DNA of 64,000 nt, taken from the NCBI GenBank assembly GCA_965602015.1, contig OZ271918.1:3776001-3840000 (forward strand), in the 5' to 3' direction. Below, one piece after another: positions 1-9,945 of the stretch. Position numbers and translations under genes: made by a program. The stretch's first letter is position 1, and each line of letters opens with the position of its first letter. This DNA comes from Salinispira sp. (GTDB taxonomy: Bacteria > Spirochaetota > Spirochaetia > DSM-27196 > Salinispiraceae). Below the pieces are notes generated by a model. It had not been told where the DNA came from. It searched no databases and was given only the letters and a program-made list of their open reading frames with translations.

Positions 1-1257
1 TGCGGTACGTAGTTTCTGTTCGAGGATATCGTATGAAAAATACTGCTTCGCCAGGTCGTAGTTTTTATCAACCATGGCCTTGGTTTTTTCCGGGTTGTTG
101 AGAACCTCGTTAACCTGTTTGACCTCTTTGTCGGTGATGTAGGTATCCATGACAATTGCGTCGAAACCAAGGGGTTCAATGTCCTGCACAAAAATTGAAT
201 AACGGTTCACCATTAGGGGCTTTCTGAAATAGACCGCTTCGAGAAAGGCGTTGCCGAAGCCCTCGTATGTGGACGGATAGGTGACAAAATCCGCGTGGGG
301 GTAAATATCCCACAGGCTATACATCTTTTCCCCGTCCTCGTTGGTGCCCCGCTCGGCCCCGACGATATCCGGACGGATAATCAGGTCGATTCCCATGAGA
401 TTCGCGTAATCCACGATTCTCTCATAGTATTCCTTGCCTTCGTCCTTCGCCTTATGGCTGATCAGCAGCTTGGCCTTGGGATTTTTCATTCGGTTCACCA
501 GTTCGATAGCGTGTTCGATGCCCTTTCTGGCTACAATTCGCGTCGGCTGGAGGATGAGAATATCGTCATCGGCGACGCCGATCGCCTTGCGGAAATCCGC
601 GTTGTACTCGTCAATTTCCGGAGGGGTGGTGTGGTAGTCGTGCACATTGGGCACCACGATGGAGCTGAGGCCCCGCCGGTAGCTCAGGGATTTTCGGGCC
701 TCGGTGTTAATAACTACATGAACCATGCTGTGCATCTTTGGGGGAAACGCCATGGAAATGTACTCGGGTATGCTGTTGACCAGAAAGCGGGTCCGCTCCC
801 AGTAAAAGTCGTGATGGTGGCCGATGCTGGGGATTCCGGTTTCGGCGACAACCTCGGTAACCGCCAGGCCCAGCGGTATGTTCATGGGGATGGCCAGGGC
901 GTTCTCGATGATGAGAATATGGATATCAAAACGCCGCAAAAATTCGTAAATCTGTACCTTCAGCAGCCGGCGCAGGTAGTGAATCTGCCCGGTGAGCGAT
1001 TCATCGCGCTTCGTGGTTCCAAAGACTCTGCGCTGAACTTCGGCGACCTCCGGATGCTCCCAAAATGCCTCCGGGGCCACCATGGTTCTCTCGGGATCCC
1101 AGTCGCTCTGACCGGCGAAAAAGAAGGTGTCGAATCCCATTTCCTCGAGAACGTGAATCCATTTCTCCGTCTCGAGGCTTACACCGTCGGTCCCCTGAAA
1201 CCTGGTGGAAATAAAGCCGATGTTCCGCACCTCGCCCTGCAATCCGCGTACATACAT
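1..1257 (-). CDS. GT4 (GT-B) glycosyltransferase, possible mannosylglucosyl-3-phosphoglycerate synthase-like; runs off the left edge of the window
   Basis: Not in the ORF track; translated by hand from ATG at 1257 (SD AAGGAGG upstream): MYVRGLQGEVRNIGFISTRFQGTDGVSLE...HHHDFYWER...QPTRIVARKGIE...YPSTYEGFGNAFLEA. The EGFG...LEA motif is typical of GT4. The frame is open to position 1. Confidence 0.8.
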   Translation of the reverse strand, partial: MYVRGLQGEVRNIGFISTRFQGTDGVSLETEKWIHVLEEMGFDTFFFAGQSDWDPERTMVAPEAFWEHPEVAEVQRRVFGTTKRDESLTGQIHYLRRLLKVQIYEFLRRFDIHILIIENALAIPMNIPLGLAVTEVVAETGIPSIGHHHDFYWERTRFLVNSIPEYISMAFPPKMHSMVHVVINTEARKSLSYRRGLSSIVVPNVHDYHTTPPEIDEYNADFRKAIGVADDDILILQPTRIVARKGIEHAIELVNRMKNPKAKLLISHKAKDEGKEYYERIVDYANLMGIDLIIRPDIVGAERGTNEDGEKMYSLWDIYPHADFVTYPSTYEGFGNAFLEAVYFRKPLMVNRYSIFVQDIEPLGFDAIVMDTYITDKEVKQVNEVLNNPEKTKAMVDKNYDLAKQYFSYDILEQKLRTA

Positions 1258-1306
1258 TCTGGCCTCCTTGGTCATGTCATCTCCGGCGCGGCTGAGTTAA
1301 ACGCCT

Positions 1307-2275
1307 TTACCTGTCTGTGGAAATAAGCCGGCAGATATCTTCCAGTGTATTGAACAAATAGTCGGCCTGCAAATTCTTACAACGGGGGTCGTCCCGGCGG
1401 GTCCGGCAACTGCGCTGATCCCCGGCAAATAATCCGGTCTGGAACCCGACCCGGGAAGCGGCCCACACGTCTTTGAGCATGTCGTTGCCGACGTACAGGC
1501 AGAGTTCGGGGGGTATTCGGCGCACTGCGTGGCCCGGATGCTGCAGCGTATCCAGTTTTTGCGCCAGTTCTTCATAGAGAAAGAGCGACGGCTTTCCGTG
1601 CCCCGTCCGATAGCTAAATATCATGAGGTCAGGATGAAAGCCCAGCTGCAGAAGGCTCTTGCCGAGGAAGGCGTCGAACATCGACGGAGTGTAGAATTGG
1701 GCGTTGGAGACGATGCCCATGGGCAGACCTGAAGCCGCGGCACAGGCAATGAGCGCTTCCAGGCCCGGCATTGGGGCCACGGGGTTCACCAGGCTTTCGT
1801 ACTCCGCGGCGAAGAGAGAAACATCCTCTTCGCCCAAATGACTCAGTTCCTGCAGCGACGACCACATTGCCCGGATATCGACCTCGGGATATTCGATGCC
1901 CCGTCTGCGCGAGTTCTCGTGGTCCTCCAGAACTGCCTGCTTCATGGCGGAGCTGATTTCCCCGGGAGCCGCATCGATGTCATACTCGTCGAGCAGATGC
2001 TGCAGCCGGTACTCCCGGGAACTGGTATCTTCGCCGAGGCTGATGTCTCCGCTGGCGGACATCACCAGGGTTCCGTAAATGTCGAAAACCAGAGCCTCGA
2101 TGGGGCCAGCCGGCAGGTCCCGGGCAAGGCCGTGTGATCCGCCTCCGCCGGCCTCGGGAAGCCGATAGCGGGCTGCGGCGTTGAGATCTTCGGTCACCGG
2201 GATGGGCTCAAGGGTAACCGCATTGCTCAAGAATATGTCCCGTACCTGTTCGTATAATTGAGGAGCTTCGTACAT
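1307..2275 (-). CDS. HAD-superfamily hydrolase, probable sugar-phosphoglycerate phosphatase
   Basis: HAD motifs FDIYGTL, IVSNAQ, GKPS and YVGNDMLKD; SD AAGGAG; lies in the GpgS cluster. Confidence 0.8.
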   Translation of the reverse strand: MYEAPQLYEQVRDIFLSNAVTLEPIPVTEDLNAAARYRLPEAGGGGSHGLARDLPAGPIEALVFDIYGTLVMSASGDISLGEDTSSREYRLQHLLDEYDIDAAPGEISSAMKQAVLEDHENSRRRGIEYPEVDIRAMWSSLQELSHLGEEDVSLFAAEYESLVNPVAPMPGLEALIACAAASGLPMGIVSNAQFYTPSMFDAFLGKSLLQLGFHPDLMIFSYRTGHGKPSLFLYEELAQKLDTLQHPGHAVRRIPPELCLYVGNDMLKDVWAASRVGFQTGLFAGDQRSCRTRRDDPRCKNLQADYLFNTLEDICRLISTDR

Positions 2276-2296
2276 GCCCGTCTCCTTTTGTTGTAG

Positions 2297-3916
2297 TTAT
2301 AATGAGCTAATGAGAAAAATTTGCGCCGGATCGAGAAACGAAAATAACAGCGCCTGCTTGTCAAAGGCCTGAGTAGATGGCTGCCGATCGGCGGCCGCCG
2401 CCCGGTATATGGCCTCAAGCCGTCCGGAGTACCGTGCGCTCCCGTAGGCTGAGTACACCCGCTGATGATTGGCTCTGACAGCCTCCCGGCAATTCTCAAG
2501 CCGGCCGGTAAACGGCGCAGCCGACAGCACCGGGCAGCGGTCAATGAGGAGCTCCCGCAGGCTCTCATCGCCGGAAAGGGCGATGACCACCCGGGCCTGG
2601 TTTTCCTGGTCCAGCCTGCCGAAGTCTATTGCCTCCGTTTCGCCATACAGCTCATGGAAGCGCAGCGGAAGTTCCTCGGTCAACTCCTGGGTCCGGCGGG
2701 CTCCGTCATCCAGGTTCTGATTTCTCAGGGCGATGCGGAAGCGGCTCAATCGGCGTTCGGCCTCAGCGAGCCAGAGCGCCCTGAAGGATTGCACATCGAT
2801 TAGCGAAACCGGGACGGGTATTTCATCGTAAAACCAGTCCATCCGCATGCCCTCGGCGGTGAAGTCACGATGGACATAGGGGATCTTCCGACCGGCCACC
2901 GCCTTTCCGAGGGTCCAGGGTTCGAGGAAGGTAAATCCGAAACCCTCCTGGACCGAAGTGGAGATAAAATAATCCGCCCTTTCAAGGGCCTGGTCAAAGC
3001 GCATCTTGCGGGCCAGGTTGAAGGTGATGGGAGCGGCGGTCTGGCGGGCCATATCCGTCCAAAAATCATAGGATGGCCGGTCGGCAGGATTGTTCGGTTC
3101 CAGGGTAATGCCGATTTCGGTGTTTTTCAGAATGATCGATAGCAGCAGGGCCTCTCCGAGATTCTTGCGCCTGATGCCCCGCACGGGATACAGGGCGAAC
3201 AGATTCCCCGTACCGTCGGAAGACCCCGACCGCCCTGCGGAATTCTCAACCGCCGGTGACGGCTTGGCGAACAGGTCATCGGGGAGGCTCTCATCCGCGG
3301 GGATGGCTCCCGGCAGGGGGCTTATGAGATTCGGAATGGCATGGAGCCTGGCGGGGACGACCCCGGCGTCCGAAAGGAATTCACCGTCGCGGCTGTTGAT
3401 AAAGCCGTAGTGCGCCCCGGAAGGATAGGGGCTCGAGGAGTACACCGTGGGCCTTCCATCTTCTGCGAAGTCGTGCAGCTGTAAAAAGAGCCGGTTTCCC
3501 CGGCTTTGCAATATTTCAACTGCCGGCAGCAGGTCGCTGTTTTTCGCCAGGGTGGCGTTGTGTACATGGATGATGTCGGCACAGCGGCCGCTGTGGCTTT
3601 CTCCGGATTGCTCAGGATTTTCACGGTTTGATGCCTGGGGCGCCGGCGGGCATCCAAAGGCCGATCGTATTTCCCGCTCCATCTGATCTGCCAGCAGCAG
3701 GGCCGGATTTTCTCCGCCGGCGGGATTGCCCAGTCCGCTGCGGTGGAGGTCGTAGTGCAGCTCGGGAATTACCCGGGTATTGGGCAGGTCCAGGGGATTT
3801 TCTCCGGCCAGAATGCAGAATCCCCAGCCCATCTGCTTGCAGATTTCGATCTGCTGCTGAATAACCCGGGTTACCCCCCCGGGTTTAAGGTGGTAGTGCA
3901 CAAAGGCGATGTTCAT
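2297..3916 (-). CDS. GT4-like glycosyltransferase
   Basis: N-terminal HYHLKPGGVTRVI, HDFAED, PVRGIRRKN and STSVQEGFGFTFLEPW; its start overlaps the gpgS stop (ATGA). Confidence 0.75.
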   Translation of the reverse strand: MNIAFVHYHLKPGGVTRVIQQQIEICKQMGWGFCILAGENPLDLPNTRVIPELHYDLHRSGLGNPAGGENPALLLADQMEREIRSAFGCPPAPQASNRENPEQSGESHSGRCADIIHVHNATLAKNSDLLPAVEILQSRGNRLFLQLHDFAEDGRPTVYSSSPYPSGAHYGFINSRDGEFLSDAGVVPARLHAIPNLISPLPGAIPADESLPDDLFAKPSPAVENSAGRSGSSDGTGNLFALYPVRGIRRKNLGEALLLSIILKNTEIGITLEPNNPADRPSYDFWTDMARQTAAPITFNLARKMRFDQALERADYFISTSVQEGFGFTFLEPWTLGKAVAGRKIPYVHRDFTAEGMRMDWFYDEIPVPVSLIDVQSFRALWLAEAERRLSRFRIALRNQNLDDGARRTQELTEELPLRFHELYGETEAIDFGRLDQENQARVVIALSGDESLRELLIDRCPVLSAAPFTGRLENCREAVRANHQRVYSAYGSARYSGRLEAIYRAAAADRQPSTQAFDKQALLFSFLDPAQIFLISSL

Positions 3917-5031
3917 GACGGCTTTTTGGACTCTCCGACGCTGCTCTTTCCGCTGCTCTTTTTGCCGCCCCGGGCACCCGTACTCTTTTGTGCGCCGCCT
4001 TCCGCGGTTTTTGCTGTCTCTCCGGCGGTACCGGCGGTCGATGATGATTTTCCCGGGCTGAACAGTTCGCGGTATTCCGGTATGGTGAGCATGGGAGGCC
4101 GCTCCCGGGCCCGCATTTCTGTGCTCATTTTCTCGTAGCTACCGTCCTTGATTTCGTGCTGAAGCATTTCATCAAACATCTCGGTGTTGATATTTACCAG
4201 CCCCAGCTTCTCGATGCGCTTGAGAAAGGTCTGCATAATCCCGAATGCCATCCGGCCCAGGGCCAGGGTATCCTGATTTCTGTGCACACGCTTGTCCAGG
4301 TCCACCTGGGCCATGATATCCATACCGTAGCGCTCGTAGATATCCAGCAGCATGGACGTTTCTATACCGTAGCCGATGGGGAAGCTCACCTGTTCCAGCA
4401 CGTCCCGAAACCCCGCGTATTCTCCCGAAAGGGGCTGGATTATCTGACTGAGCTGGGGGGTGAAGAGGCTGAATAGCGGCCGGATAACCAGTTCGGTTAC
4501 CCTTCCGCCTCCGGTCGGCTTGACCCGGCTGGCGTCGATGCTCAGCGGCCGGTCGTAAAACGCTTTTACGTAGCGAACGTCGTCCCGCATGAGAAGGGGA
4601 CCAACCAGGCCGTAGACAAAGCGGTGGTGTATGTTCTTGATGTCCGCGTCTATGTACACGATGATATCGCCCTTGAGCACATAGAGGGCCTTCCAGAGGT
4701 TTTCGCCCTTGCCCTTGTACTTTTCCATGCCGGGGAGGATGTCGTCAGCCAGGTAGACATCGACCCCGTAACTGGCGGCGATTTCCCGGGTCTTGTCGGT
4801 TGATCCCGAATCGATGACGGCGATTTCGTCGAGCAGGGGGTAGCGAAGCATCAGTTCGCTCTTCATGATGATGATTTCTTTGGCGATGGTCTTTTCTTCG
4901 TTGAGAGTGGGAAGGCAGAGGCTGATCTTCAGGCCCTTGCGCCGCTTCATTTCAACGAGTTTTTTTATATCCCCGAAATCCGAATGATGATAGGTGTTGT
5001 CTTTCAGCCAGTTGGCGCTCTTACTGCTCAT
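3913..5031 (-). CDS. gpgS: Glucosyl-3-phosphoglycerate synthase (GT81/GT2-like)
   Basis: LPTLNEE, IDSGSTD, GKGENLW, YIDADI, GGGRVTEL, QPLSGEYAG and GYGIE motifs typical of GpgS/MpgS; low-complexity C-terminal tail. Confidence 0.85.
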   Translation of the reverse strand: MSSKSANWLKDNTYHHSDFGDIKKLVEMKRRKGLKISLCLPTLNEEKTIAKEIIIMKSELMLRYPLLDEIAVIDSGSTDKTREIAASYGVDVYLADDILPGMEKYKGKGENLWKALYVLKGDIIVYIDADIKNIHHRFVYGLVGPLLMRDDVRYVKAFYDRPLSIDASRVKPTGGGRVTELVIRPLFSLFTPQLSQIIQPLSGEYAGFRDVLEQVSFPIGYGIETSMLLDIYERYGMDIMAQVDLDKRVHRNQDTLALGRMAFGIMQTFLKRIEKLGLVNINTEMFDEMLQHEIKDGSYEKMSTEMRARERPPMLTIPEYRELFSPGKSSSTAGTAGETAKTAEGGAQKSTGARGGKKSSGKSSVGESKKPS

Positions 5032-6229
5032 CGATGATCCCCTTGTCTATGGCTTCGATGAGGCCGACGATCTGTGCAATGCCGGCGAACATCGGTTCTA
5101 TTTCAATCTGGGCGTTTTCCGTGTGATAGTTTTCCCCGTGGCTCACGCCGACGGTAACCGCCGGAATATTGTGGCTCAGGAAGATGGACAGTTCCGACTC
5201 GCTGGACTCGATTACCGGCTTAACCTTGAGGCTTTCCAGAATGGCTACCCCGGTTTTTACCAGCGGATGGGTGTACTCGAGCCGGGACGCGTTGACGTTC
5301 GAAATCTGGTTCATGCTGATATCAACCAGGTTCTCGTGCTTGATCGAATCCACGATGTCCTCGATTTTCCCGTAAATCTCCCCGACCAGTTCGTCGGAGG
5401 ACGATTCGATCTCCAATCCGAGCCTGCTTGAAAGGGCCAGGTCGCCGTGTTTGATGCCACCCTTGATTTTCCCGAAAATAATCTGGGTGTTCGGTCGTTG
5501 GGGGAGGTGTATCTCCAGAATGCGGTTGATGATGTCGTTCATGATGAGGATGGCGTTGGAGCCGTACTTGTTTTCCCAGCCGGAGATCATGGGAATTTCG
5601 CAGCTGATATCAGCCCGGACCATTGACCGTGAAAAGTAATTGAGTCGGCCGAGTTCGGCTCCCTCCAAAATGACCGCCGCGCGGATAGGCCGTCTCCAGT
5701 GGTTCAGGAAATCCCGAATGCCGCTGAGGTTGCTGGCTCCCAAAGATTCCGCCAGACCGACCAGCACAATGTCGCTGGTAAACTTCTTCCCCAGGGCGCT
5801 GAGCACTTCGGGCAGGCTGAGCTGAACCCCGAGGCTGATGGAATTGTCGATAATTCCCGGACCCGAGACGCTGTTGCTGTCGATCGCCAGATGAATTTCC
5901 TGGTCGAAGTGGTACACCGTGTCCATATGAGCCGCCACGACGATGCAGCCTTCCCGTTCGCCCTCGCCCTTGATAATGCCGATGGCGTTGCCCGAGACAT
6001 CGGTAGTGGCTTCATCCACGCCGATTTCCGCCAGCCGCTCAAGAAAGGCCTTCACCCTCAGGTTGGTGTGAACCCGGTCCACATCGTCTTCCTTGATGTT
6101 GAGGGCGATGGGCGGAACCTGCCCGACCAGAATGGTATTGGTAAGTATTTGCTCCCGCAGCCCGCGGACGGTCTTGCGGTACTGATCCATCCTGTCGGTG
6201 ACGGGCTTGAGTCGGGGGGTGATTTTCAT
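5021..6229 (-). CDS. M20/M28 metallopeptidase-fold protein
   Basis: VAAHMDTV, GPGIIDN and ENYHT motifs; start moved to ATG 6229 (SD AAGGAG). Confidence 0.7.
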   Translation of the reverse strand: MKITPRLKPVTDRMDQYRKTVRGLREQILTNTILVGQVPPIALNIKEDDVDRVHTNLRVKAFLERLAEIGVDEATTDVSGNAIGIIKGEGEREGCIVVAAHMDTVYHFDQEIHLAIDSNSVSGPGIIDNSISLGVQLSLPEVLSALGKKFTSDIVLVGLAESLGASNLSGIRDFLNHWRRPIRAAVILEGAELGRLNYFSRSMVRADISCEIPMISGWENKYGSNAILIMNDIINRILEIHLPQRPNTQIIFGKIKGGIKHGDLALSSRLGLEIESSSDELVGEIYGKIEDIVDSIKHENLVDISMNQISNVNASRLEYTHPLVKTGVAILESLKVKPVIESSESELSIFLSHNIPAVTVGVSHGENYHTENAQIEIEPMFAGIAQIVGLIEAIDKGIIDEQ

Positions 6230-6282
6230 GGTTGGTCTCCTTATGCGCGCCGTGGCGCTGCGCCGATCCGCCGCCGGGCAGC

Positions 6283-8283
6283 TTACTCCCGGCGGATTTC
6301 GAGCCAGAGCACTTCCCAGGGCGCGAGCTTGAGCACCGCGGTCCGGTCGGCCAGATCGCCCCGGGTCTCGGTTTTGCCCGGCCGGTCTTCCTCGTCGAAG
6401 CACTGGAGGGTCGAGCAGAACACTTCGCCGCTGAGCAGGTCGTAAAAATCCGGCGCGATGTCGGTTTTTCTCCGGTGGAGCAGTCCGAGGGCTTTGTTGA
6501 GCTTGGCCTGCACCGGCCGGGCGGAACTGTTGACCAGGCAGAGTATGCGCTGGCCGTTGTTCGCCTCATCCCCTTCGAATTCGCGCATTACGGCGAAAAT
6601 TTCCGGGGCGTCCACATCAAGGATAACCTGTCTGCTTGCCGGATGGAAAGCCGCCTGCTCCCGGCGGACCTTAATCATCCGGGAATATCCGCTGTACACT
6701 TGGTGCCTGAGGCTTTCGGGATCTTCGAGCTCGGCCATTACGTCCTTGAGGAAGAGCTTTCGCCGGTTGATGCTGCGGTTGGCCCCGGTGAGTTCCGGGC
6801 CTTCCTTCCAGTTCTCGCTGCCGATGAGACTGTGGATATATATGCCCGGCACTCCGGCAACCGAGAGCAGGACGGCCTGGCTGGCCAGGTATTTTTTTAC
6901 CCGCATGTCCCGGGGAAGATCGGGGTCGGCTATGGCGGAAAAATAATTGATGTTCAGCTCGTAGGGAATTTTGCCCTTCGGCGTCGCCTTGTAGTTGATT
7001 CTGCCGCCCCGATCCGCAACCGCCTCGTAGAGCTTCTGCAGCTCGGATTCGCTGAGGATTCCGTGAGCGGGGGTGACCCCGACGCCGTCATGACTGGCGC
7101 AGAAGTTGAAGTAGGTGCTGTCGTAGCCCAGGGGACCGGGAGATCCCGCGGGAATTTTCCGGGCCCACTCGGTGAGATGCTCGGCATTCCCCCGCAGGAA
7201 GGCGTCGAAAATCAGGGGTGGCAGGCTGAACTGATAAATCATATGGGCTTCGTTCTTCCCGTCGCCGAAATAGCTCATGTTCTCCGCATGGGGGACGTTG
7301 GTCTCGGTTATGAGAACCACCCAGGGAGCCACGGCATCCAGAATGCTTCGGTACAGCTGAACCACCCTGTGGGTTTTTTCGTGGTGAATGCAGGGGGTTC
7401 CCAGTTCCTTCCAGAGGTAGGCAATGGCGTCCAGGCGTATCACCTGGGATCCCTTCTCAATAAAAAAGAGAATGGCGTCGATCATTTGAATCAGCATATC
7501 CGGATGACCGAAATTCAAATCGACCTGATCCTCGCTGAAGGTTGTCCAGATATGCCGGGTAATTGCCTTGCCGCTGTCGGGGTCCCTGGCCTCGAATGGG
7601 GTGAGCAGCGGATGGGTCCGGGGACGAACCACCTGGCTGACGTCGGTACCTTCCGGCATGTCGATGAAATAATGCTCGTATTCTTTTTTTCCAGCCAGGA
7701 AGTCTTTAAACCACGGTCCCTTCGCTGAGCAGTGATTGAGCACAAGGTCGGCCATCAGGCGGAAGTCCGCGGCAATGGCCGTAATATCGGACCAATCGCC
7801 GATATCCGGGTTCACCCGGTAGTAGTCGATAATTGAGAATCCGTCGTCCGAGCTGTACGGAAAAAACGGCAGGATGTGAATGCCGCTCACCAAACCTTTG
7901 AGGTAACGGTCGGCGAAGGTTTTAAGGGCCCTCAGGTGCCGGGAGTCTTCGCCCGCCAGCTCGCGGACCGTCCCGTCCTCCTCAATGCCGCCGCCGATGC
8001 CCAGTTCCGCCTGAAGGCGGGCCTGGGGGTCGGCCGGCGGGTCGCCGAGAAGGAAACTGTCTCCGTAGGTAATGACGAAGGCGTCCTTCTGGTCCAGGGG
8101 CAGGCCGCTGCCGCCGACCTGCGACGGCGCTTTCTGTGCCGCGTCGCCATAGGCCTTCCTGGCCTCTTCCAGGGCCGGACCGTGCCGTTCCAACAGCTCG
8201 CGCAATCCCTTGAGGGCGAGCTCCGCATTGCTTCCGTCGTAGATGTCATGGGTGAATTTCCTGAGGTCCAAGGATGGATTCAT
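6283..8283 (-). CDS. GH13 sugar phosphorylase (sucrose/glucosylglycerate phosphorylase family)
   Basis: ITYGD, HILPFFPYSSDDGF, DLVLNH, WTTFSEDQVDLN, IRLDAIAYLWK, ITETNVPH and FCASHDG motifs; start at ATG 8283 (SD GAGGAG). Confidence 0.85.
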   Translation of the reverse strand: MNPSLDLRKFTHDIYDGSNAELALKGLRELLERHGPALEEARKAYGDAAQKAPSQVGGSGLPLDQKDAFVITYGDSFLLGDPPADPQARLQAELGIGGGIEEDGTVRELAGEDSRHLRALKTFADRYLKGLVSGIHILPFFPYSSDDGFSIIDYYRVNPDIGDWSDITAIAADFRLMADLVLNHCSAKGPWFKDFLAGKKEYEHYFIDMPEGTDVSQVVRPRTHPLLTPFEARDPDSGKAITRHIWTTFSEDQVDLNFGHPDMLIQMIDAILFFIEKGSQVIRLDAIAYLWKELGTPCIHHEKTHRVVQLYRSILDAVAPWVVLITETNVPHAENMSYFGDGKNEAHMIYQFSLPPLIFDAFLRGNAEHLTEWARKIPAGSPGPLGYDSTYFNFCASHDGVGVTPAHGILSESELQKLYEAVADRGGRINYKATPKGKIPYELNINYFSAIADPDLPRDMRVKKYLASQAVLLSVAGVPGIYIHSLIGSENWKEGPELTGANRSINRRKLFLKDVMAELEDPESLRHQVYSGYSRMIKVRREQAAFHPASRQVILDVDAPEIFAVMREFEGDEANNGQRILCLVNSSARPVQAKLNKALGLLHRRKTDIAPDFYDLLSGEVFCSTLQCFDEEDRPGKTETRGDLADRTAVLKLAPWEVLWLEIRRE

Positions 8284-8386
8284 AAGCGCTCCTCTTGCTC
8301 TCAGCATAGTATCAGCGGCGGTGAATTTCCAAGCTATCGTCGATATAGTTGGACGCTGATCGGCACAGATACTATGATTGAACCAT

Positions 8387-9793
8387 ATGGAACGCAGCGT
8401 GTTTTTCCGCATAGTAAAGGACTATCTGCTTCCGGTGATTCTTCCCGGGCTGGCAGTGACGGCGTTTTTCGCCGCGGTCCTTCTCATTCCCTTCGGCGGC
8501 TTCGATTCAGGAGCCCAACTGTCTCAGGTTATCGTCAATCTGGTGGATACCGCCGTGGTCATTTCCCTGGTGTTTATCCTAGCCTTTTCAATGCGCTACT
8601 TCCGCGCCCGGGGGTTTTACTTCCTGCTGCTTCTGATTATCCAGATGTGGTACCTTCAGCAGGGCCCCGCAGGCCGGGAAGGGGCATTCTGGACGCTTAT
8701 TTTTGTGCCGTTTTCCTTTACCGCCTTTCTCATTGTATCCGAGCGGGGACTGTTCAGTCCCCGAACCCGGCTGCTGCTGATCATCATCGGGCTGCCGGTG
8801 CTGTTCCGCTTCCTTCTCGAGCAGTACGGCGGATTGCGGCTTACCGAGCTTGCAATGATTCATCCCTTCCGGGAGGCCATCGCCGCGTGGAATCCTGCCT
8901 TGTCCCTGTGGTCGCTTATGTTCTACGGAGCCGCGGCGGTTATCGCTCTGCTGCGATACATCATCAGGCCCAGCCGCGATCTGTCGGCAGTGCTCTGGCT
9001 GATCGCAATTTCCTTCGTCATGGTGTTCGTGGCCTCGGCCTCAGAGTATCCCTCGGTGGTCAGCGAAGGCCTGGGGGTCAACGATCTCACTCCGGACTAC
9101 ATGTTTATGGCGCCTCCCGGGGTCGAACCGGCGCTTCATGCATTTCTCGGTCTCCTCGTTTTTGCCGCGGCGATTATCGAAGTGGTGACCCTTTTCGATC
9201 TGTCCTACCGAATGGCCTATCAGGATCAGCTCACCGGATTGCCCGGCAGAAGGGCCTATGACGACGCGATTCGGAACCTTGGACGCAAGTACGCCATCGC
9301 CATGGTCGATATCGACCATTTCAAGAGCTTTAATGACAACTACGGCCACGACGTGGGAGATCAGGTCCTCAAGCTGGTGGGCCAGGTGCTCAAGAACCAT
9401 GCGAAACCCGGCACCGCCTACCGCTACGGCGGCGAGGAGTTCGTCATTTTGTACGGCGGAGCCGCCAATGCCGATGTAAAAGAAAGCGCCGAGTCGGTGC
9501 GCCGGCGGATCAGCGAGTATCCCTTTGCCCTGCGGAAATTTCTCCGGCCGCCCTATCCGCCGGGCAGCGGCGGCAAGCCGGCAAAGAAAACGCCAAAGAA
9601 ATCCAAGGCGGGCGGCAGCCGCGGAAAGTCGCGCCGCAAAGAAGTGCCGAAAACCATCAATGTCACCGTAAGCATGGGCCTGGCGGACCATCGGAACACA
9701 GACCTGAGCCCCGAAGAGGTCATGAAAAAGGCTGACCAGGCCCTCTATGCCGCAAAGGAGCAGGGGCGCAACCGGCTCGTTATATCCCGCTGA
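8387..9793 (+). CDS. Membrane-bound diguanylate cyclase (GGDEF)
   Basis: Multi-TM N-terminus; DQLTGL, DIDHFKSFNDNYGHDVGD, YRYGGEEF and ADQALYAAKEQGRN motifs. Confidence 0.9.
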   Translation: MERSVFFRIVKDYLLPVILPGLAVTAFFAAVLLIPFGGFDSGAQLSQVIVNLVDTAVVISLVFILAFSMRYFRARGFYFLLLLIIQMWYLQQGPAGREGAFWTLIFVPFSFTAFLIVSERGLFSPRTRLLLIIIGLPVLFRFLLEQYGGLRLTELAMIHPFREAIAAWNPALSLWSLMFYGAAAVIALLRYIIRPSRDLSAVLWLIAISFVMVFVASASEYPSVVSEGLGVNDLTPDYMFMAPPGVEPALHAFLGLLVFAAAIIEVVTLFDLSYRMAYQDQLTGLPGRRAYDDAIRNLGRKYAIAMVDIDHFKSFNDNYGHDVGDQVLKLVGQVLKNHAKPGTAYRYGGEEFVILYGGAANADVKESAESVRRRISEYPFALRKFLRPPYPPGSGGKPAKKTPKKSKAGGSRGKSRRKEVPKTINVTVSMGLADHRNTDLSPEEVMKKADQALYAAKEQGRNRLVISR

Positions 9794-9856
9794 GAGTCGC
9801 GCGATCCCCGGGATCCGGAAGATTACGAAAAATCGCGATATATCGATATGTTCTTG

Positions 9857-9885
9857 TTGCAAGCCGACCGGCTATTCGGTATATT
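9857..9885 (+). promoter_or_regulatory. Putative sigma70 promoter of metK
   Basis: TTGCAA-N17-TATATT about 60 nt upstream of the metK ATG. Confidence 0.5.
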
Positions 9886-9945
9886 CATCAGCGAACCGGC
9901 TGACCCGTGCCCGGGGTCGGCCTATACCATCCATCGGAGGCAGCA

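Noticed and set aside
295..1326. 343-aa plus-strand ORF, and similar long antisense ORFs (6232-7728, 25727-26851, 26833-27957, 32881-33837)
   Set aside because: These are shadows of well-supported genes on the opposite strand in GC-rich DNA, with no motifs of their own.
9886..9945. Possible SAM riboswitch upstream of metK (hairpin GGCTGACCC...GGGTCGGCC at ~9898-9922)
   Set aside because: The leader is only about 55 nt and I see no SAM-I, SAM-II or SMK consensus; a single GC-rich hairpin is not sufficient evidence.
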